Program-made: the position numbers and the translations under genes
The notes under the pieces: generated by a model
What the model was told of the DNA's origin: nothing
The model's input: the letters and a program-made list of their open reading frames with translations, nothing else
The model's database searches: none
DNA from: a virus
Reading direction: 5' to 3' (one strand)
Length of the DNA stretch: 64,000 nucleotides
Virus record (IMG/VR): IMGVR_UViG_3300028840_002190
Shown here: piece by piece, positions 18,199-28,028 of the stretch
How the letters are laid out: each line of letters begins with the position of its first letter
Numbering within the stretch: position 1 is the first letter of the stretch

Positions 18199-18567
18199 TC
18201 ACTGCTTTCGCCGCTGCAGCGCATCCCGTACCGCGTCACAGTACGCCTGTCCTAGTACCCCCTCCCAGACATGCTCTTCTCGGGTCACCCGTTCGATGAT
18301 GTTGACAAACCAGTGCATCGTTGAGTTATCGCGGATACTGTAACGGACACGTACACGATGATACGGACGATTATAGTGCTGGGTGCGGTGCCAGCTCTCA
18401 TCTGGGGAGTGCGTCTGGGTGATGTAGTGAACGAAGCGCCGAGCGGCTTGCGCGGTATGAAAGGCGTATTCGTGTTGAACAACCCAGCTGCCCTTCCTTA
18501 CTGATGGAACTCGTAAGCTCCCAGGAAACACTTCATCTAGTACCAACAGGCGTAATCCGGGGCTCAT
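18199..18567 (-). CDS. FPG-array paralog
   Basis: LLVLDEVFPGS. Confidence 0.65.
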   Translation of the reverse strand: MSPGLRLLVLDEVFPGSLRVPSVRKGSWVVQHEYAFHTAQAARRFVHYITQTHSPDESWHRTQHYNRPYHRVRVRYSIRDNSTMHWFVNIIERVTREEHVWEGVLGQAYCDAVRDALQRRKQ

Positions 18568-18685
18568 CTTAACTCTCCAACTGCCCGCGAAAAACGAGTC
18601 GCGCGAGACTCTCAGGGAAGGTCAGGACGATGCTTTCGTATAGGGACGTCAGACCTCCGAGACGCAGATACGTGTAGGCCATGTG

Positions 18686-19222
18686 TCACCTCCCGTACCC
18701 CTGCACCCGGTTGAGGACGTCAGGATGCGGACCGTGTTGGGGACCTTGAAGTTGTTCCTCCCAGCGCTTACGAAGAACGACCCCTCTATCTGAAGGAGGA
18801 CGGTCACTCCAGCTGAGCTGGTACTCCAATTTTTTGCGATGCTCTGCGCCGAGATGATCGAGTACTATGTGAACAATGTCCGCAGTGTCCCGGATGGAAC
18901 GATTGCACATCTCTCGCGCTTTGCGCATGGTGTCACTGTTAGCTTCAACGAGCCACGCCGGAGCTACAACCGCGGAGGACTGGTAGGCCACCATGTACCA
19001 GCTCTTGAAGCGGTAGCGTTCAGCGTAGCGCTCGATGAGGAGGCGGTGGGTCTCCAGGTCGCACTCGATGTGAAAGCGGGGCCCTTCGTTATCCCAACGG
19101 TTCAGGGTCACTCCCGTATAGAACACCTCGAAGAGGTCCTCCAAGAAGTTGTAGAGGTGTTGAGGGCCGGGGCTCAACATCATCTTGAGCGGGTATTCAC
19201 GGATCCGAGACCGATGACCCAT
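18686..19222 (-). CDS. hypothetical protein (possible divergent array member)
   Basis: LYNFLEDLFEVFYTG; start uncertain. Confidence 0.55.
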   Translation of the reverse strand: MGHRSRIREYPLKMMLSPGPQHLYNFLEDLFEVFYTGVTLNRWDNEGPRFHIECDLETHRLLIERYAERYRFKSWYMVAYQSSAVVAPAWLVEANSDTMRKAREMCNRSIRDTADIVHIVLDHLGAEHRKKLEYQLSWSDRPPSDRGVVLRKRWEEQLQGPQHGPHPDVLNRVQGYGR

Positions 19223-19610
19223 CGAACTGCCCCCTTTCTAGCTGGTGTGTGAGTTCGGCCAGCAGGCTCTCTAGCAGTGTCTCTTCGTCGCCGTACGGGT
19301 TCTCCAAGCGCCTGCGAAGCTCCTCCCACGCCGGTTGTGTGTCGAAGCGCGGCCAGGTCGCAGTGAATACTGCGTGAAACCCGGAATCGAAAGACACGAG
19401 AATCTGTGGCGCATTTACCGAGTCGGGACTGTCGTCGAGGGACACCATGCGTTCCAGAATTTTTCTAGCGCGGAAGTATGGTCTCCGAGGAAGCGTGTTT
19501 AGGGCTAAAAGGATGGTTGCGTCTGCGGGGCGCACAGTCACACTCTGTACTACTTCGGGGTACCCGAGCCGGATGAGCTCGAGCCCTCCGATGAGTTCCC
19601 TAGGACCCAT
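19197..19610 (-). CDS. FPG-array paralog
   Basis: LELIRLGYPEV. Confidence 0.6.
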   Translation of the reverse strand: MGPRELIGGLELIRLGYPEVVQSVTVRPADATILLALNTLPRRPYFRARKILERMVSLDDSPDSVNAPQILVSFDSGFHAVFTATWPRFDTQPAWEELRRRLENPYGDEETLLESLLAELTHQLERGQFDGSSVSDP

Positions 19611-19612
19611 AG

Positions 19613-20008
19613 TCAGACTTCCCACCAGGACAACCGAGATGTTTTAGGTGCGTCATGTGTGTCCTCCAGGTAGTAGCGCAGTTCTTCGATCCAGTGCTCG
19701 AGGCGTGTCATGCCCCAACACTTACGAGTCTCGAGGTGCCCGCAGAGGTGATCGCTGATCTCCATCAGATTGAAGTGGAATGTGACTTCGAAATACTCGT
19801 CCAAGAACTTCCGAGTTTGGATATACATCCCTGAGAACAATTTCTCGTCCGTCAGGTAGTCGACACCTTGCTCGTGGACGTTATCGACAAAGATTTGCAT
19901 CGCGTAGTCTCTTACACGAACCCGGCGCAGGGATCCCGGAAACATGAAGTCAAGACGCTTCATAATGTCGAGGATTCGTCGGACCTCTTCTTTACCTCTG
20001 TTAGCCAT
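19613..20008 (-). CDS. FPG-array paralog
   Basis: MKRLDFMFPGS. Confidence 0.65.
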   Translation of the reverse strand: MANRGKEEVRRILDIMKRLDFMFPGSLRRVRVRDYAMQIFVDNVHEQGVDYLTDEKLFSGMYIQTRKFLDEYFEVTFHFNLMEISDHLCGHLETRKCWGMTRLEHWIEELRYYLEDTHDAPKTSRLSWWEV

Positions 20009-20385
20009 GTGTCAAAACCCTCCGCCGAGATGTCTCGACCCTTATGGGAATCGTAGCTTACGGGAAATCTCGGACGCGTGGTAACTGTCAAACCCGGGAA
20101 CCTCACCGTGATGTAGACGGTGTAGTACTTCTCACGGGGTTTGGGTGTGAAGCTAGCCCCTTTGAGACGCCGCGGTTTGTAGAACCCCACCCACACGCCC
20201 GGCATCGAGCTGTAGCGGCGCAGAATCATGCTGTCCCGGATCTCTTTGGGTACCTTGTGCAGTTTAAAGATGAGTTCATCGGAGTCAGCGCGGTAGGTCA
20301 CACAGTGTAGCATGTGTATGAACTTCATCTGGATCTCCGCCCACAGAGCGAAGAGCTCTTCCAGTGACATGTACTTAGGGGGCAT
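19960..20385 (-). CDS. hypothetical protein in array
   Basis: 141 aa, same size class, motif not evident. Confidence 0.55.
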   Translation of the reverse strand: MPPKYMSLEELFALWAEIQMKFIHMLHCVTYRADSDELIFKLHKVPKEIRDSMILRRYSSMPGVWVGFYKPRRLKGASFTPKPREKYYTVYITVRFPGLTVTTRPRFPVSYDSHKGRDISAEGFDTWLTEVKKRSDESSTL

Positions 20386-20409
20386 CCCGAGACCTCCTGA
20401 CTGTGAGGG

Positions 20410-20664
20410 TTAGCGGGTGAGGTGGCCGATAAAGACACCGTCCCCGTATTGCCCGCCTAGGCGTCCGTGAAATTCGAACCATCTGGTGAGTTGGCCGAAC
20501 ATCAGATCACAGGTGCGCGCACGCACGCGTTCTGAAACCCGCACTTCGACCAAGGTACTATATCGTACTACGACGTCAGAGAGTGCGGGAGCCAGGAGGT
20601 ACTCATCACGAATGCCGTTGATTGTCTGCAGCGCGCGCTCCTTGAAGTCGGTCATCCGCGCCAC
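20410..20664 (-). CDS. hypothetical protein in array
   Basis: 84 aa. Confidence 0.5.
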   Translation of the reverse strand: MARMTDFKERALQTINGIRDEYLLAPALSDVVVRYSTLVEVRVSERVRARTCDLMFGQLTRWFEFHGRLGGQYGDGVFIGHLTR

Positions 20665-21191
20665 CTCTTTTTCAGGTATTTGTAAAGGGCGTGTGTCTCG
20701 GAGTCGAGCTCAGACACCGCGTAATTCTTAGTGTAGCTGTGTGGCGGCCCGAGCTTGAAGTTCCAGCCTGCGACACCGGGAGGCGCATACGTCGTGTCGT
20801 ACCCATAGTGGTTAGTGACGTACACGTAGAGGTGCTTATCGAGGAATAGAGTCGCGAGGGCACGCACCAACTGGGCTGCGTATTGAGGGCGGTGTTCGTC
20901 AATCCACATGTTCTCTCGGAAGGGGTCCGTGATGAGGTTGACGCGCTTGCTGGTAGGTCGATTAGTGAAACGTGTATGCGGAAACGGAGTATGTACCAGA
21001 AGGAGTGCTTCGGTACGTTTGACTGTGACTTCGTAGTCGACCTGTAACTCCTCCAACATGATTCCCAGGTGTGCGAAGAGAAAATCGAAACAGCGACGAT
21101 AGAGGCGAGTTCGCCGGTCACGCTGCTTCTTTCTCCGCTTGTTTTGGTGTCGTCGGATGGAAGCCGCCCGCTGTTGTTTACTTTTTCCCAA
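20652..21191 (-). CDS. hypothetical protein with basic N-terminus
   Basis: 179 aa; RRHQNKRRKKQR. Confidence 0.6.
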   Translation of the reverse strand: MGKSKQQRAASIRRHQNKRRKKQRDRRTRLYRRCFDFLFAHLGIMLEELQVDYEVTVKRTEALLLVHTPFPHTRFTNRPTSKRVNLITDPFRENMWIDEHRPQYAAQLVRALATLFLDKHLYVYVTNHYGYDTTYAPPGVAGWNFKLGPPHSYTKNYAVSELDSETHALYKYLKKRWRG

Positions 21192-21591
21192 AGGCGACCC
21201 CCACGTTAGATGTTACGCCCGCTGCTCCATTGAAGTTGGCGCAGTGTGTCCAGAGCATGTTCTCGCAGGCCATGTGCCACAGGGAGAGGCTGTCTCCGAA
21301 GACGGAGATGCCATCCAGGACTTGCGGAAGAAGACGGATGTAGATGGCTGAGAAGTGCGTGCCATCTTGTTCCGCCTCGAAGTACTCGGCATCCCCACCT
21401 TTGCGATTGGTGTTGTGTACCATGGGCAGCCACAGCGCCTCCACAGTTTCCCGCGGAGGACGCTCGGAGAGCATGGAGATACCGTTTTCGTCACGTCCTA
21501 CTGCGTGTGCGGGAAACTTGAATTCGAATTCGGCGCAGAGGTCCCTTACCAGCTCCACTTGAAGGAGGGCTTTTTCTTCGGTTTCACGCAT
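21178..21591 (-). CDS. FPG-array paralog
   Basis: CAEFEFKFPAH. Confidence 0.55.
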   Translation of the reverse strand: MRETEEKALLQVELVRDLCAEFEFKFPAHAVGRDENGISMLSERPPRETVEALWLPMVHNTNRKGGDAEYFEAEQDGTHFSAIYIRLLPQVLDGISVFGDSLSLWHMACENMLWTHCANFNGAAGVTSNVGVAFGKK

Positions 21592-22103
21592 GACTTGTCT
21601 CCCGTGCTCTTGCCCTTGTGCAGGAGCTCATGGCTGACGTCCACAGGGCCCTCCTGGTAGGCGACCACCGGGTAGAGAGCAACGCGCAGGATCCTCGAGG
21701 CGTGGCTAACGTCCGAAAAGTCGATGGGCTTTCTCGGCGCCTTGTAGGATGCCGAGGTGCGCAACATTCTCTCAATGGCCAGATTGGCGTAGACGGGGCC
21801 CGTGCGTCCCGTGTGGTAAGACGGGTGTGGGAGCTGGAGGGTCATCGAGTAGACGTCGTCACCTACGAACTTCTGAGCGCGGAAGGTGAGACGAGGGTCA
21901 TTCCTGACGACCTTGGAGAACTTGCGGTCGAGGATGCCCAACACCACGGGAGTGACGTTGTACTGTATCCAGCTGATGTTCTGAGGGTTGACTTCGCAGA
22001 TATCCGTCTGGTTGGGAAAGGTGTCGGACACGTAATCGATGAAGTCCATGATTAGACCGAACTCGTCTAGCTGATCCCGCGGAAGGAGTTGTATTTTGGA
22101 CAT
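21546..22103 (-). CDS. FPG-array paralog
   Basis: IDYVSDTFPNQ. Confidence 0.65.
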   Translation of the reverse strand: MSKIQLLPRDQLDEFGLIMDFIDYVSDTFPNQTDICEVNPQNISWIQYNVTPVVLGILDRKFSKVVRNDPRLTFRAQKFVGDDVYSMTLQLPHPSYHTGRTGPVYANLAIERMLRTSASYKAPRKPIDFSDVSHASRILRVALYPVVAYQEGPVDVSHELLHKGKSTGDKSCVKPKKKPSFKWSW

Positions 22104-22651
22104 GGTCTCCCCTCCTTCAGATGGTCTAGGGTTCTTTCCAGGATTGTAACCAGGTGTGCGACTGTGAGGCTGCCAGAGGGCGCAGAGCTCAACCGCCTAT
22201 CTTTGACGAGATCGCGAAAGAAGGCTGCACTGGGTCCTACGACCACGACCGTGCCGTACCTCCCACCAAACGACAAGCGTTTCTTAAACTCATAAGTCTC
22301 GGGGTCGGTATCACGTTCGGAGAAGTAAACAGCGCTAGGGTTGATAGACTTCATACTGAAACGAATGACCCACTGCGTGTCGGCGACCTTCCGATATTCC
22401 CGAACAACGGAGGATTTCTTGTCTTGCCGTTTCATCATCTCGTACCGTGGCGTGTGGCGCATCACGTATGAGACGCTAGACTGCCTTAAGCGTGGGCGGA
22501 TCAACTTGGTACGCACAGTCCCTGGAACGGAGGTGAGCTGCACGTCCAGTCGATTCTTGGTGGCGTTGCGGAGCGTGGCTAGGGGCCCGACGACGCTGTC
22601 GAGCCAACCGAGGAACTCTGCGACTCGTCGGTCATGTTCGTACTTATCCAT
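22067..22651 (-). CDS. hypothetical protein in array
   Basis: FLGWLDSVVGP (weak motif). Confidence 0.55.
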   Translation of the reverse strand: MDKYEHDRRVAEFLGWLDSVVGPLATLRNATKNRLDVQLTSVPGTVRTKLIRPRLRQSSVSYVMRHTPRYEMMKRQDKKSSVVREYRKVADTQWVIRFSMKSINPSAVYFSERDTDPETYEFKKRLSFGGRYGTVVVVGPSAAFFRDLVKDRRLSSAPSGSLTVAHLVTILERTLDHLKEGRPCPKYNSFRGIS

Positions 22652-23070
22652 TCCTGGTAGCTCCTTCCGTCCACTGTACCGTCGGCCACGGCAGTGAGCA
22701 ACGCTGCGAGGTTTGAGGGGGTGATCTTATCGACCTTCTCATGGGCGGTGGTCATAAAGAGGATCGGGAAGATGTCGGGCCACTCCTCCGTCGGGAAGTC
22801 GAAGTGCAACACGAGGAAGTTGTTCTCCGCGTCGAATTCGAAGTTGAGGGTCTCGTTACCGCGGAGACGCGGGTAGATGAGCTCCTGGAAGCTGCTGGGC
22901 AAGACGTTGCCGATGTGGATGGTCAACCGGTCGCAGACATCGAACGCTTCGCACTGCACATGGCAGGACCCGGGGAAGGCGAAGTCTGTCAGTTCGAGAA
23001 TGGCGGCGATTCGTCTCAGCTTCTCCTCGAGTGTATCGTCGAATTCGAGAGGGTTTCTTTCGATAGTCAT
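22579..23070 (-). CDS. FPG-array paralog
   Basis: LELTDFAFPGS. Confidence 0.65.
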   Translation of the reverse strand: MTIERNPLEFDDTLEEKLRRIAAILELTDFAFPGSCHVQCEAFDVCDRLTIHIGNVLPSSFQELIYPRLRGNETLNFEFDAENNFLVLHFDFPTEEWPDIFPILFMTTAHEKVDKITPSNLAALLTAVADGTVDGRSYQEWISTNMTDESQSSSVGSTASSGP

Positions 23071-23489
23071 GCCGTTACCTCCAAAAGCCGAATGATCTGG
23101 TTCATCGTTTCGGCCACTTCTTGTACCGGGGGGAACTGTTTCTCCGCCAGTGTACCTGTTAGCGCTATACGCAGAGTAGTCAGCACCGGCGCAACATCCT
23201 GGCTGACATAGAAGTAAACTCGCAATGGAGCGGAGTCATCACTGTCGGCGTAATCCTCGTACTGGTACCTCACCTCTATGAGGAACTTATTGTGGTTGGG
23301 CATCAAGAGAGTTTCCACGACCCTGAAGTTGGCTATCCTTACGCGCACAATGAGTCGGTCCCCATCGATAGCGTGCAGCTCCGTGATACCGGGAAAGTAG
23401 TTCTCAGTAACTAGAATGCCTTTTCGGATCTCCTTCAATTGGTTGTAAGAGGCGTGTTTGGTAGAGCGATCACCTGGGTGTGACATCAC
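23067..23489 (-). CDS. FPG-array paralog
   Basis: ILVTENYFPGI. Confidence 0.65.
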   Translation of the reverse strand: MMSHPGDRSTKHASYNQLKEIRKGILVTENYFPGITELHAIDGDRLIVRVRIANFRVVETLLMPNHNKFLIEVRYQYEDYADSDDSAPLRVYFYVSQDVAPVLTTLRIALTGTLAEKQFPPVQEVAETMNQIIRLLEVTA

Positions 23490-23532
23490 GCAGCACCTCC
23501 CCCCAGGTACTCCAAGAACTCTTTTAACGCCG

Positions 23533-23934
23533 TCATGTCAGGTCATCCGTGAAGCCGGTAGCCCTGGGGAAGAGTTGCTCCTGCAGCTGACGGATGAGCC
23601 ACTCGATGGGAGCGTACGGCGGGATCTCATGACGCTTGGGAAAGATGCTCTCCCACACCAGGAGGTCGCTGCCGATGGAGATGCAGGTGTACTCGAACTT
23701 GTCGTTCTCATCCGGTGGAAGGACGTATACGCTGACGTTGAGGTTGACCGGCTTGGCGATCTCTTTCACGTGCGGCTCGAGCAGCTTTCGGCCTGTGGCT
23801 TCCGTTACGCCTCTCAGTTGAATGTAGGGATCCGTCCCCCACAGGTAGTAGAACATCCCCATACCGGGACACTTGTCGTCCACGTAGTTGGCGATGTCGT
23901 AGATCGCCTGGATTTGATCCTTCATCGAATGCAC
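23533..23934 (-). CDS. FPG-array paralog
   Basis: ANYVDDKCPGM. Confidence 0.6.
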   Translation of the reverse strand: MHSMKDQIQAIYDIANYVDDKCPGMGMFYYLWGTDPYIQLRGVTEATGRKLLEPHVKEIAKPVNLNVSVYVLPPDENDKFEYTCISIGSDLLVWESIFPKRHEIPPYAPIEWLIRQLQEQLFPRATGFTDDLT

Positions 23935-24117
23935 CTCCTTGTCGACGCATACATGTAGTCGCTTGTACCCGTTTATGGGGAGAGTTTAGGTGGAAGCAAA
24001 AAAGAGGGATTAACGCACCCTCTCATTCACCCCTTCTCTCGAGGACGGCGGCCCCTACCTAACTGTTTTAGACTGGCCCAGTAGAGGTAGGCCAGTAGTC
24101 CTTCAGGTGGACCAGCC

Positions 24118-24465
24118 CTAGGCAGCGTGACCGAGCTCGTCGAGCGACTTATCGACGAAGGTGGAGAAGAGCTTCACCTTGTCTTCGTAGTCGCTGGGCG
24201 TGCAGTCACGGAAGATGAGCGCGTAGCTGAGCACCTCATCAACGAAGCCGGTGATAGGCGTTGCAGCGTAGGTGGGCAACGATGTCATCTCGAGGAAGCG
24301 GATGTTGGTCTCGGCGAGGTTGCCGATGGCGCGGAGGGCCGTGACGATCTGGGAACGCTGGACGTCCTGGTCGGCGTCCGGGTCGATGGCGTGCATCGCC
24401 AGCATGAAGTCAACGCTTTGCACTCCAGCGAGTGCGCCCAGGATGGCAAGACGGATAGCCTTCAT
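24118..24465 (-). CDS. hypothetical protein, GC3-rich
   Basis: 115 aa; downstream of GGTACAAG promoter motif. Confidence 0.65.
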   Translation of the reverse strand: MKAIRLAILGALAGVQSVDFMLAMHAIDPDADQDVQRSQIVTALRAIGNLAETNIRFLEMTSLPTYAATPITGFVDEVLSYALIFRDCTPSDYEDKVKLFSTFVDKSLDELGHAA

Positions 24466-24524
24466 GACATCGACCTTTCGAGTTAACAGAGAACGTTCTT
24501 ATAACGCCTCTGGATGTCTACTTA

Positions 24525-24558
24525 CTTGTACCGATTTTTGAGGTGCGTTTTGTGAAAG
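24525..24558 (-). promoter_or_regulatory. putative early promoter TTTCACAAAAC..AAAAATCGGTACAAGTAA
   Basis: closely matches the element at 4355-4388. Confidence 0.6.
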
Positions 24559-24793
24559 CAAAAAGAGCGTGTTAAAGAAACGACTAGTCTCTTCTGGGAG
24601 GAGTTACCCAGAAGAGACTAGCCGCGGGAGAAGGGAACAACGAAACCTCCCCCCTGAACCAGGACTTTCCAAACGCGACCAAACATCGAGCGCGAACATC
24701 CGACGCGTGAAGCTGTAATAACTGCCACCCCTTTTGTACCCGGGGGTGGCATCGGGGCTCGCTGTTCCCCCTCGCGAGTCAGAGGGCGACCGC

Positions 24794-24964
24794 CTAGTCG
24801 TATTCCACCTCGAGGCCACGGTCCTCGTCGGGGTCCGTGTCCTCGTCCATGACGATGACGGGCAGACCCAGGGAGTCCGGGACGAGCTGGCCGTTCTGGA
24901 CCTTGACGGCTTGGGAGCGCGCAACCACACGCCCCGTACGCATGTCCATGAAGTAGATCGTCAT
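24794..24964 (-). CDS. hypothetical protein (56 aa)
   Basis: translated by hand: MTIYFMDMRTGRVVARSQAVKV...; AGGAG RBS. Confidence 0.55.
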   Translation of the reverse strand: MTIYFMDMRTGRVVARSQAVKVQNGQLVPDSLGLPVIVMDEDTDPDEDRGLEVEYD

Positions 24965-24973
24965 GAGCTCCTC

Positions 24974-25195
24974 CTAACCGCTGATGAAGCGGCGCACGCG
25001 GAAGTCCGGGGCCATCTGCCGGTTCTTCTGAACCAGTAGGCTGGCCGCCCACGCCGCCCTCACGGTGCAGCCGGAATCGGCAGCCTTGTCGAGCTCGTCG
25101 GCGATTCGGAGATATTCCGGATCGTCGTCGTGCTGAGTGCGGAGCTCGTGTGCCTTTTCGCGCAACACATCCTCGTCGTGCCTCGTCAGGATCAT
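24974..25195 (-). CDS. hypothetical protein
   Basis: AAGGAGG RBS; GGTACAAG at 25226-25233. Confidence 0.6.
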   Translation of the reverse strand: MILTRHDEDVLREKAHELRTQHDDDPEYLRIADELDKAADSGCTVRAAWAASLLVQKNRQMAPDFRVRRFISG

Positions 25196-25233
25196 GACAA
25201 TGCCTCCTTGGGTTGGTGTTACCTACTTGTACC

Positions 25234-25944
25234 TCAGGAGTGCATGGGATTCTCAATTCCTGCCCAAGCCCAGGCGGCCTGAATGTAAAGGTACTCGGCT
25301 TCCTTGTAAACGGCTTCTTTAGGCCAGCGTTTTAGATTGTCGGAGAAGTGGCCGGTGTCGAAGCCGAGCCAGTAGAGATAGTCGGGGAGGACAAGCTTGA
25401 AGTCTTCAGCGTGGACGGCAGGACATTCCTCTCCACTGTAAGTGAGGCCTCCGTGGATGTTAGGGTCAACGTCATCGTAGTATTTTTCGAACCAAGGATG
25501 GTCCTCGGGAACACCCACGTAGCCGTTGCCCCATCCAGAATCTACCTTCGGGTGGTACCGCGGGCCTTTACAGATGACGAAACGCATATCCTGATCGATG
25601 AGCTTACTGATGACAGGGATATGTTCGTCTACACAGATCGTCTTTTCAGGGTAGCGAGAACTCAACGCAGCGACGTAGTTTCGGGCACTCCGAAATCGAG
25701 TGGGAATAGGAGACATGAGACGGATACGAACGTCCTCCACGTACGAGTCTGCGTGGATAGTTCCCCCATCTCGCAGGTAGTTCCGGGCATTGTGTACGAA
25801 GTCTAGGTTAGAGCCTGCGAGGCGCAACCCGAGAGATATCGGATCACCAGCCACGGCTTCTAGTATCGCAGTACCCGGGTACTTTTCAGCCAGGTAGCTT
25901 AAGGCGCGGGTCACTTTCGTGGATGCAGAGTCCTGGGACGCCAT
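25234..25944 (-). CDS. FPG-like N-terminus fused to a conserved phage HGGLT domain
   Basis: LSYLAEKYPGT ... WGNGYVGVPEDHP...IHGGLTYSG...LGFDTGH. Confidence 0.65.
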   Translation of the reverse strand: MASQDSASTKVTRALSYLAEKYPGTAILEAVAGDPISLGLRLAGSNLDFVHNARNYLRDGGTIHADSYVEDVRIRLMSPIPTRFRSARNYVAALSSRYPEKTICVDEHIPVISKLIDQDMRFVICKGPRYHPKVDSGWGNGYVGVPEDHPWFEKYYDDVDPNIHGGLTYSGEECPAVHAEDFKLVLPDYLYWLGFDTGHFSDNLKRWPKEAVYKEAEYLYIQAAWAWAGIENPMHS

Positions 25945-26293
25945 CTCCTTCCTCCTCTTGGTCGAGAATGCACTGAATGCATTTACTAGGTAAAGGCAGC
26001 TCCTCAGGAGGAGTTTGATGCCGCAGTTCTATAGCGGCCAACTCATCACGTCGAGGGATGGCCCGGGAGGGGCTGTTTGACGACGCCATCCAGCCCCACC
26101 TCTCGATGGGGGCTTCTTGACCCTCAAAGCCGACGAGTTCGTAGTCGCGTCTCTTGTAGTGCTGGAACCCGGCGAGGTTCATCAAGACTTGCTGCAGCGT
26201 GAGGGTGACGGCAACGAGGTCATGCTCCGAGTCGGAATACACCGTCATACGAATTAACGAAGGATCAATGTCCGTGTCGATCAAGACGCGCAT
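25886..26293 (-). CDS. hypothetical protein
   Basis: 135-aa ORF. Confidence 0.55.
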   Translation of the reverse strand: MRVLIDTDIDPSLIRMTVYSDSEHDLVAVTLTLQQVLMNLAGFQHYKRRDYELVGFEGQEAPIERWGWMASSNSPSRAIPRRDELAAIELRHQTPPEELPLPSKCIQCILDQEEEGDGVPGLCIHESDPRLKLPG

Positions 26294-26307
26294 GAGGGTC
26301 CCCTTTC

Positions 26308-26625
26308 TTAGTTGATATTTCGGGAGACGGGTTCGAGCACGATAGTGAAGTCGAATTCTTTGTCGAGCGCTTCCCGCATGGCTTCAGCTACGAGACCGCT
26401 GTACTGGCAGGAGGAGGCGTAGGCATCTTGTAGCCCTTCGCTGGAGAGGACTGTCATAACTGCCAGTATACGCACGAGAAGGTTCAGCAATTGACCCGAG
26501 GAAACCGCCGGAGTTCCGTCTTCTTTGTTCCCGACTTCGACGAGCGCCCGGTCGATGAAATCCAGAGGATTGTTCGGGTCGAGGTCGTCAGGGTCAAAGG
26601 TGATGGTGATCTTGGCTTGGCTCAC
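26308..26625 (-). CDS. hypothetical protein
   Basis: GTG start overlapping the upstream TGA. Confidence 0.55.
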   Translation of the reverse strand: MSQAKITITFDPDDLDPNNPLDFIDRALVEVGNKEDGTPAVSSGQLLNLLVRILAVMTVLSSEGLQDAYASSCQYSGLVAEAMREALDKEFDFTIVLEPVSRNIN

Positions 26626-26885
26626 GGCGACACCGTTCCTACCTCGTGTGCGCGGCCCAAGTTCCAGCACGCCTGGGCGAAGAGGTAGAACGCGTGATCC
26701 CAGCGTCCTTGTTCGAGAGCAGCGTCAGCACCTACTAACGACAGCTCCACTTTGGAGAGGAGTCCCAAGGCGGCCCGGGCATCTTCGCTGTCTTCTTCCA
26801 GTTGGGGCTGGAGAGCTTCACGCAGTTTGTCGAGTTGCGTGCTGCGTTTAGTTATTTCCTCTTTCAGAGCACCCTTGGCGGTCAT
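26622..26885 (-). CDS. helical hypothetical protein
   Basis: 87 aa, GGAGG RBS. Confidence 0.6.
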   Translation of the reverse strand: MTAKGALKEEITKRSTQLDKLREALQPQLEEDSEDARAALGLLSKVELSLVGADAALEQGRWDHAFYLFAQACWNLGRAHEVGTVSP

Positions 26886-27103
26886 CGTCTCCTCCTCGGC
26901 AGGGTCACAGACTCCACGTACTCCCAGTAACTAAGTGACGTCGCATACCACATCGCAATCCCAGCCGCTATGGCAGAAAAAGGAGCGATACTGATGTCCG
27001 CGGTGACCAAAGGTCCTACGAATGCCCCCGCGATGGTTCCGTACAGCGTCAAACGTTCGCGTCTCCTTCTTAGCGCACGAATCCTGGACTTTATGGATGT
27101 CAT
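26882..27103 (-). CDS. small membrane protein
   Basis: basic N-terminus and 2 TM helices. Confidence 0.6.
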   Translation of the reverse strand: MTSIKSRIRALRRRRERLTLYGTIAGAFVGPLVTADISIAPFSAIAAGIAMWYATSLSYWEYVESVTLPRRRR

Positions 27104-27190
27104 AAGGACCTCCCTTAAGTTGCAGTTAAAGCTTAACAACTCCTTCTACCAAAAGAAAGGCGCACGTGTGCACGCCTCTCAAGATGGGGG

Positions 27191-27577
27191 TCACTCGTCG
27201 GACTCCCAGGTGTGGATGAAGGAGTCGTCGAGATCGAAGTTGAGGAGATCCTCGAGGAGGGGGGCGTCCGCGGGAGCGATGTCGATGTACCCGAAGATGG
27301 GGAGGCCGCCGGTCTCCGTCTCGGACTTGACGCGCGGGGCGCTGCGCACGAGCTGGGCTGCTTCACTGTGGGTGGTGTCCCAGTGGTCGCTGAGGTCTCG
27401 AACGAGTCCTCGAAGCTGCGCCTTGTTCGAGACGCGGATGAGCCCGTAGTACGGGTCGCAGTACTCGAACGTGGGGAAAGTGGCGGGCGCCTGGTAGGAG
27501 TGCCCGTGAAGACACCCGGTCCAGTGCCCTCCCTCGTCCCACTTTTCCTTGCGACGGTTCCTTCGCTTCTTGCCCAT
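27191..27577 (-). CDS. hypothetical protein, GC3-rich
   Basis: 128 aa; GGTACAAG at 27613-27620. Confidence 0.65.
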   Translation of the reverse strand: MGKKRRNRRKEKWDEGGHWTGCLHGHSYQAPATFPTFEYCDPYYGLIRVSNKAQLRGLVRDLSDHWDTTHSEAAQLVRSAPRVKSETETGGLPIFGYIDIAPADAPLLEDLLNFDLDDSFIHTWESDE

Positions 27578-27763
27578 GGAGATTCTCCTGTTCTAGTTAG
27601 GGGTTACAAGTACTTGTACCAGCACAGGAGGGCTAAATTAGAAGTGCCCGGGAGACGCCGGGTAAGGAGGAGTGACCGCCAAATCAGACCCCTACCGACA
27701 TCCTCGGGCACTCTCTAATTATAGGCCAAAGAAGAGGAGGCCGAAGCCTCCCCTCCAAAAAAC

Positions 27764-27964
27764 TTATCTGAAGAGATCCGAGTCCATGTTCAATGGCTCG
27801 AAATAAGCGGAGTCGTCTTCCGGTACTTGGACGCGCGTTTCCAAGGGCGTCTCCTTATTGAATTCGTCGAGGAATTCGTCAAGGGGTTCGAAGCAGACAG
27901 TTAGCAGTCTTCGACCGGTACGGTTGAGGACGCCAGAATACCGGACTTTGGGACAACAGGTCAT
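27764..27964 (-). CDS. hypothetical protein
   Basis: AAGGAGG RBS. Confidence 0.5.
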   Translation of the reverse strand: MTCCPKVRYSGVLNRTGRRLLTVCFEPLDEFLDEFNKETPLETRVQVPEDDSAYFEPLNMDSDLFR

Positions 27965-28028
27965 AGACACACCTCCTTGGCTTTGGAAACTATTTTCTTA
28001 TACCCGCGGAGGGCCTATAATTACGGGC

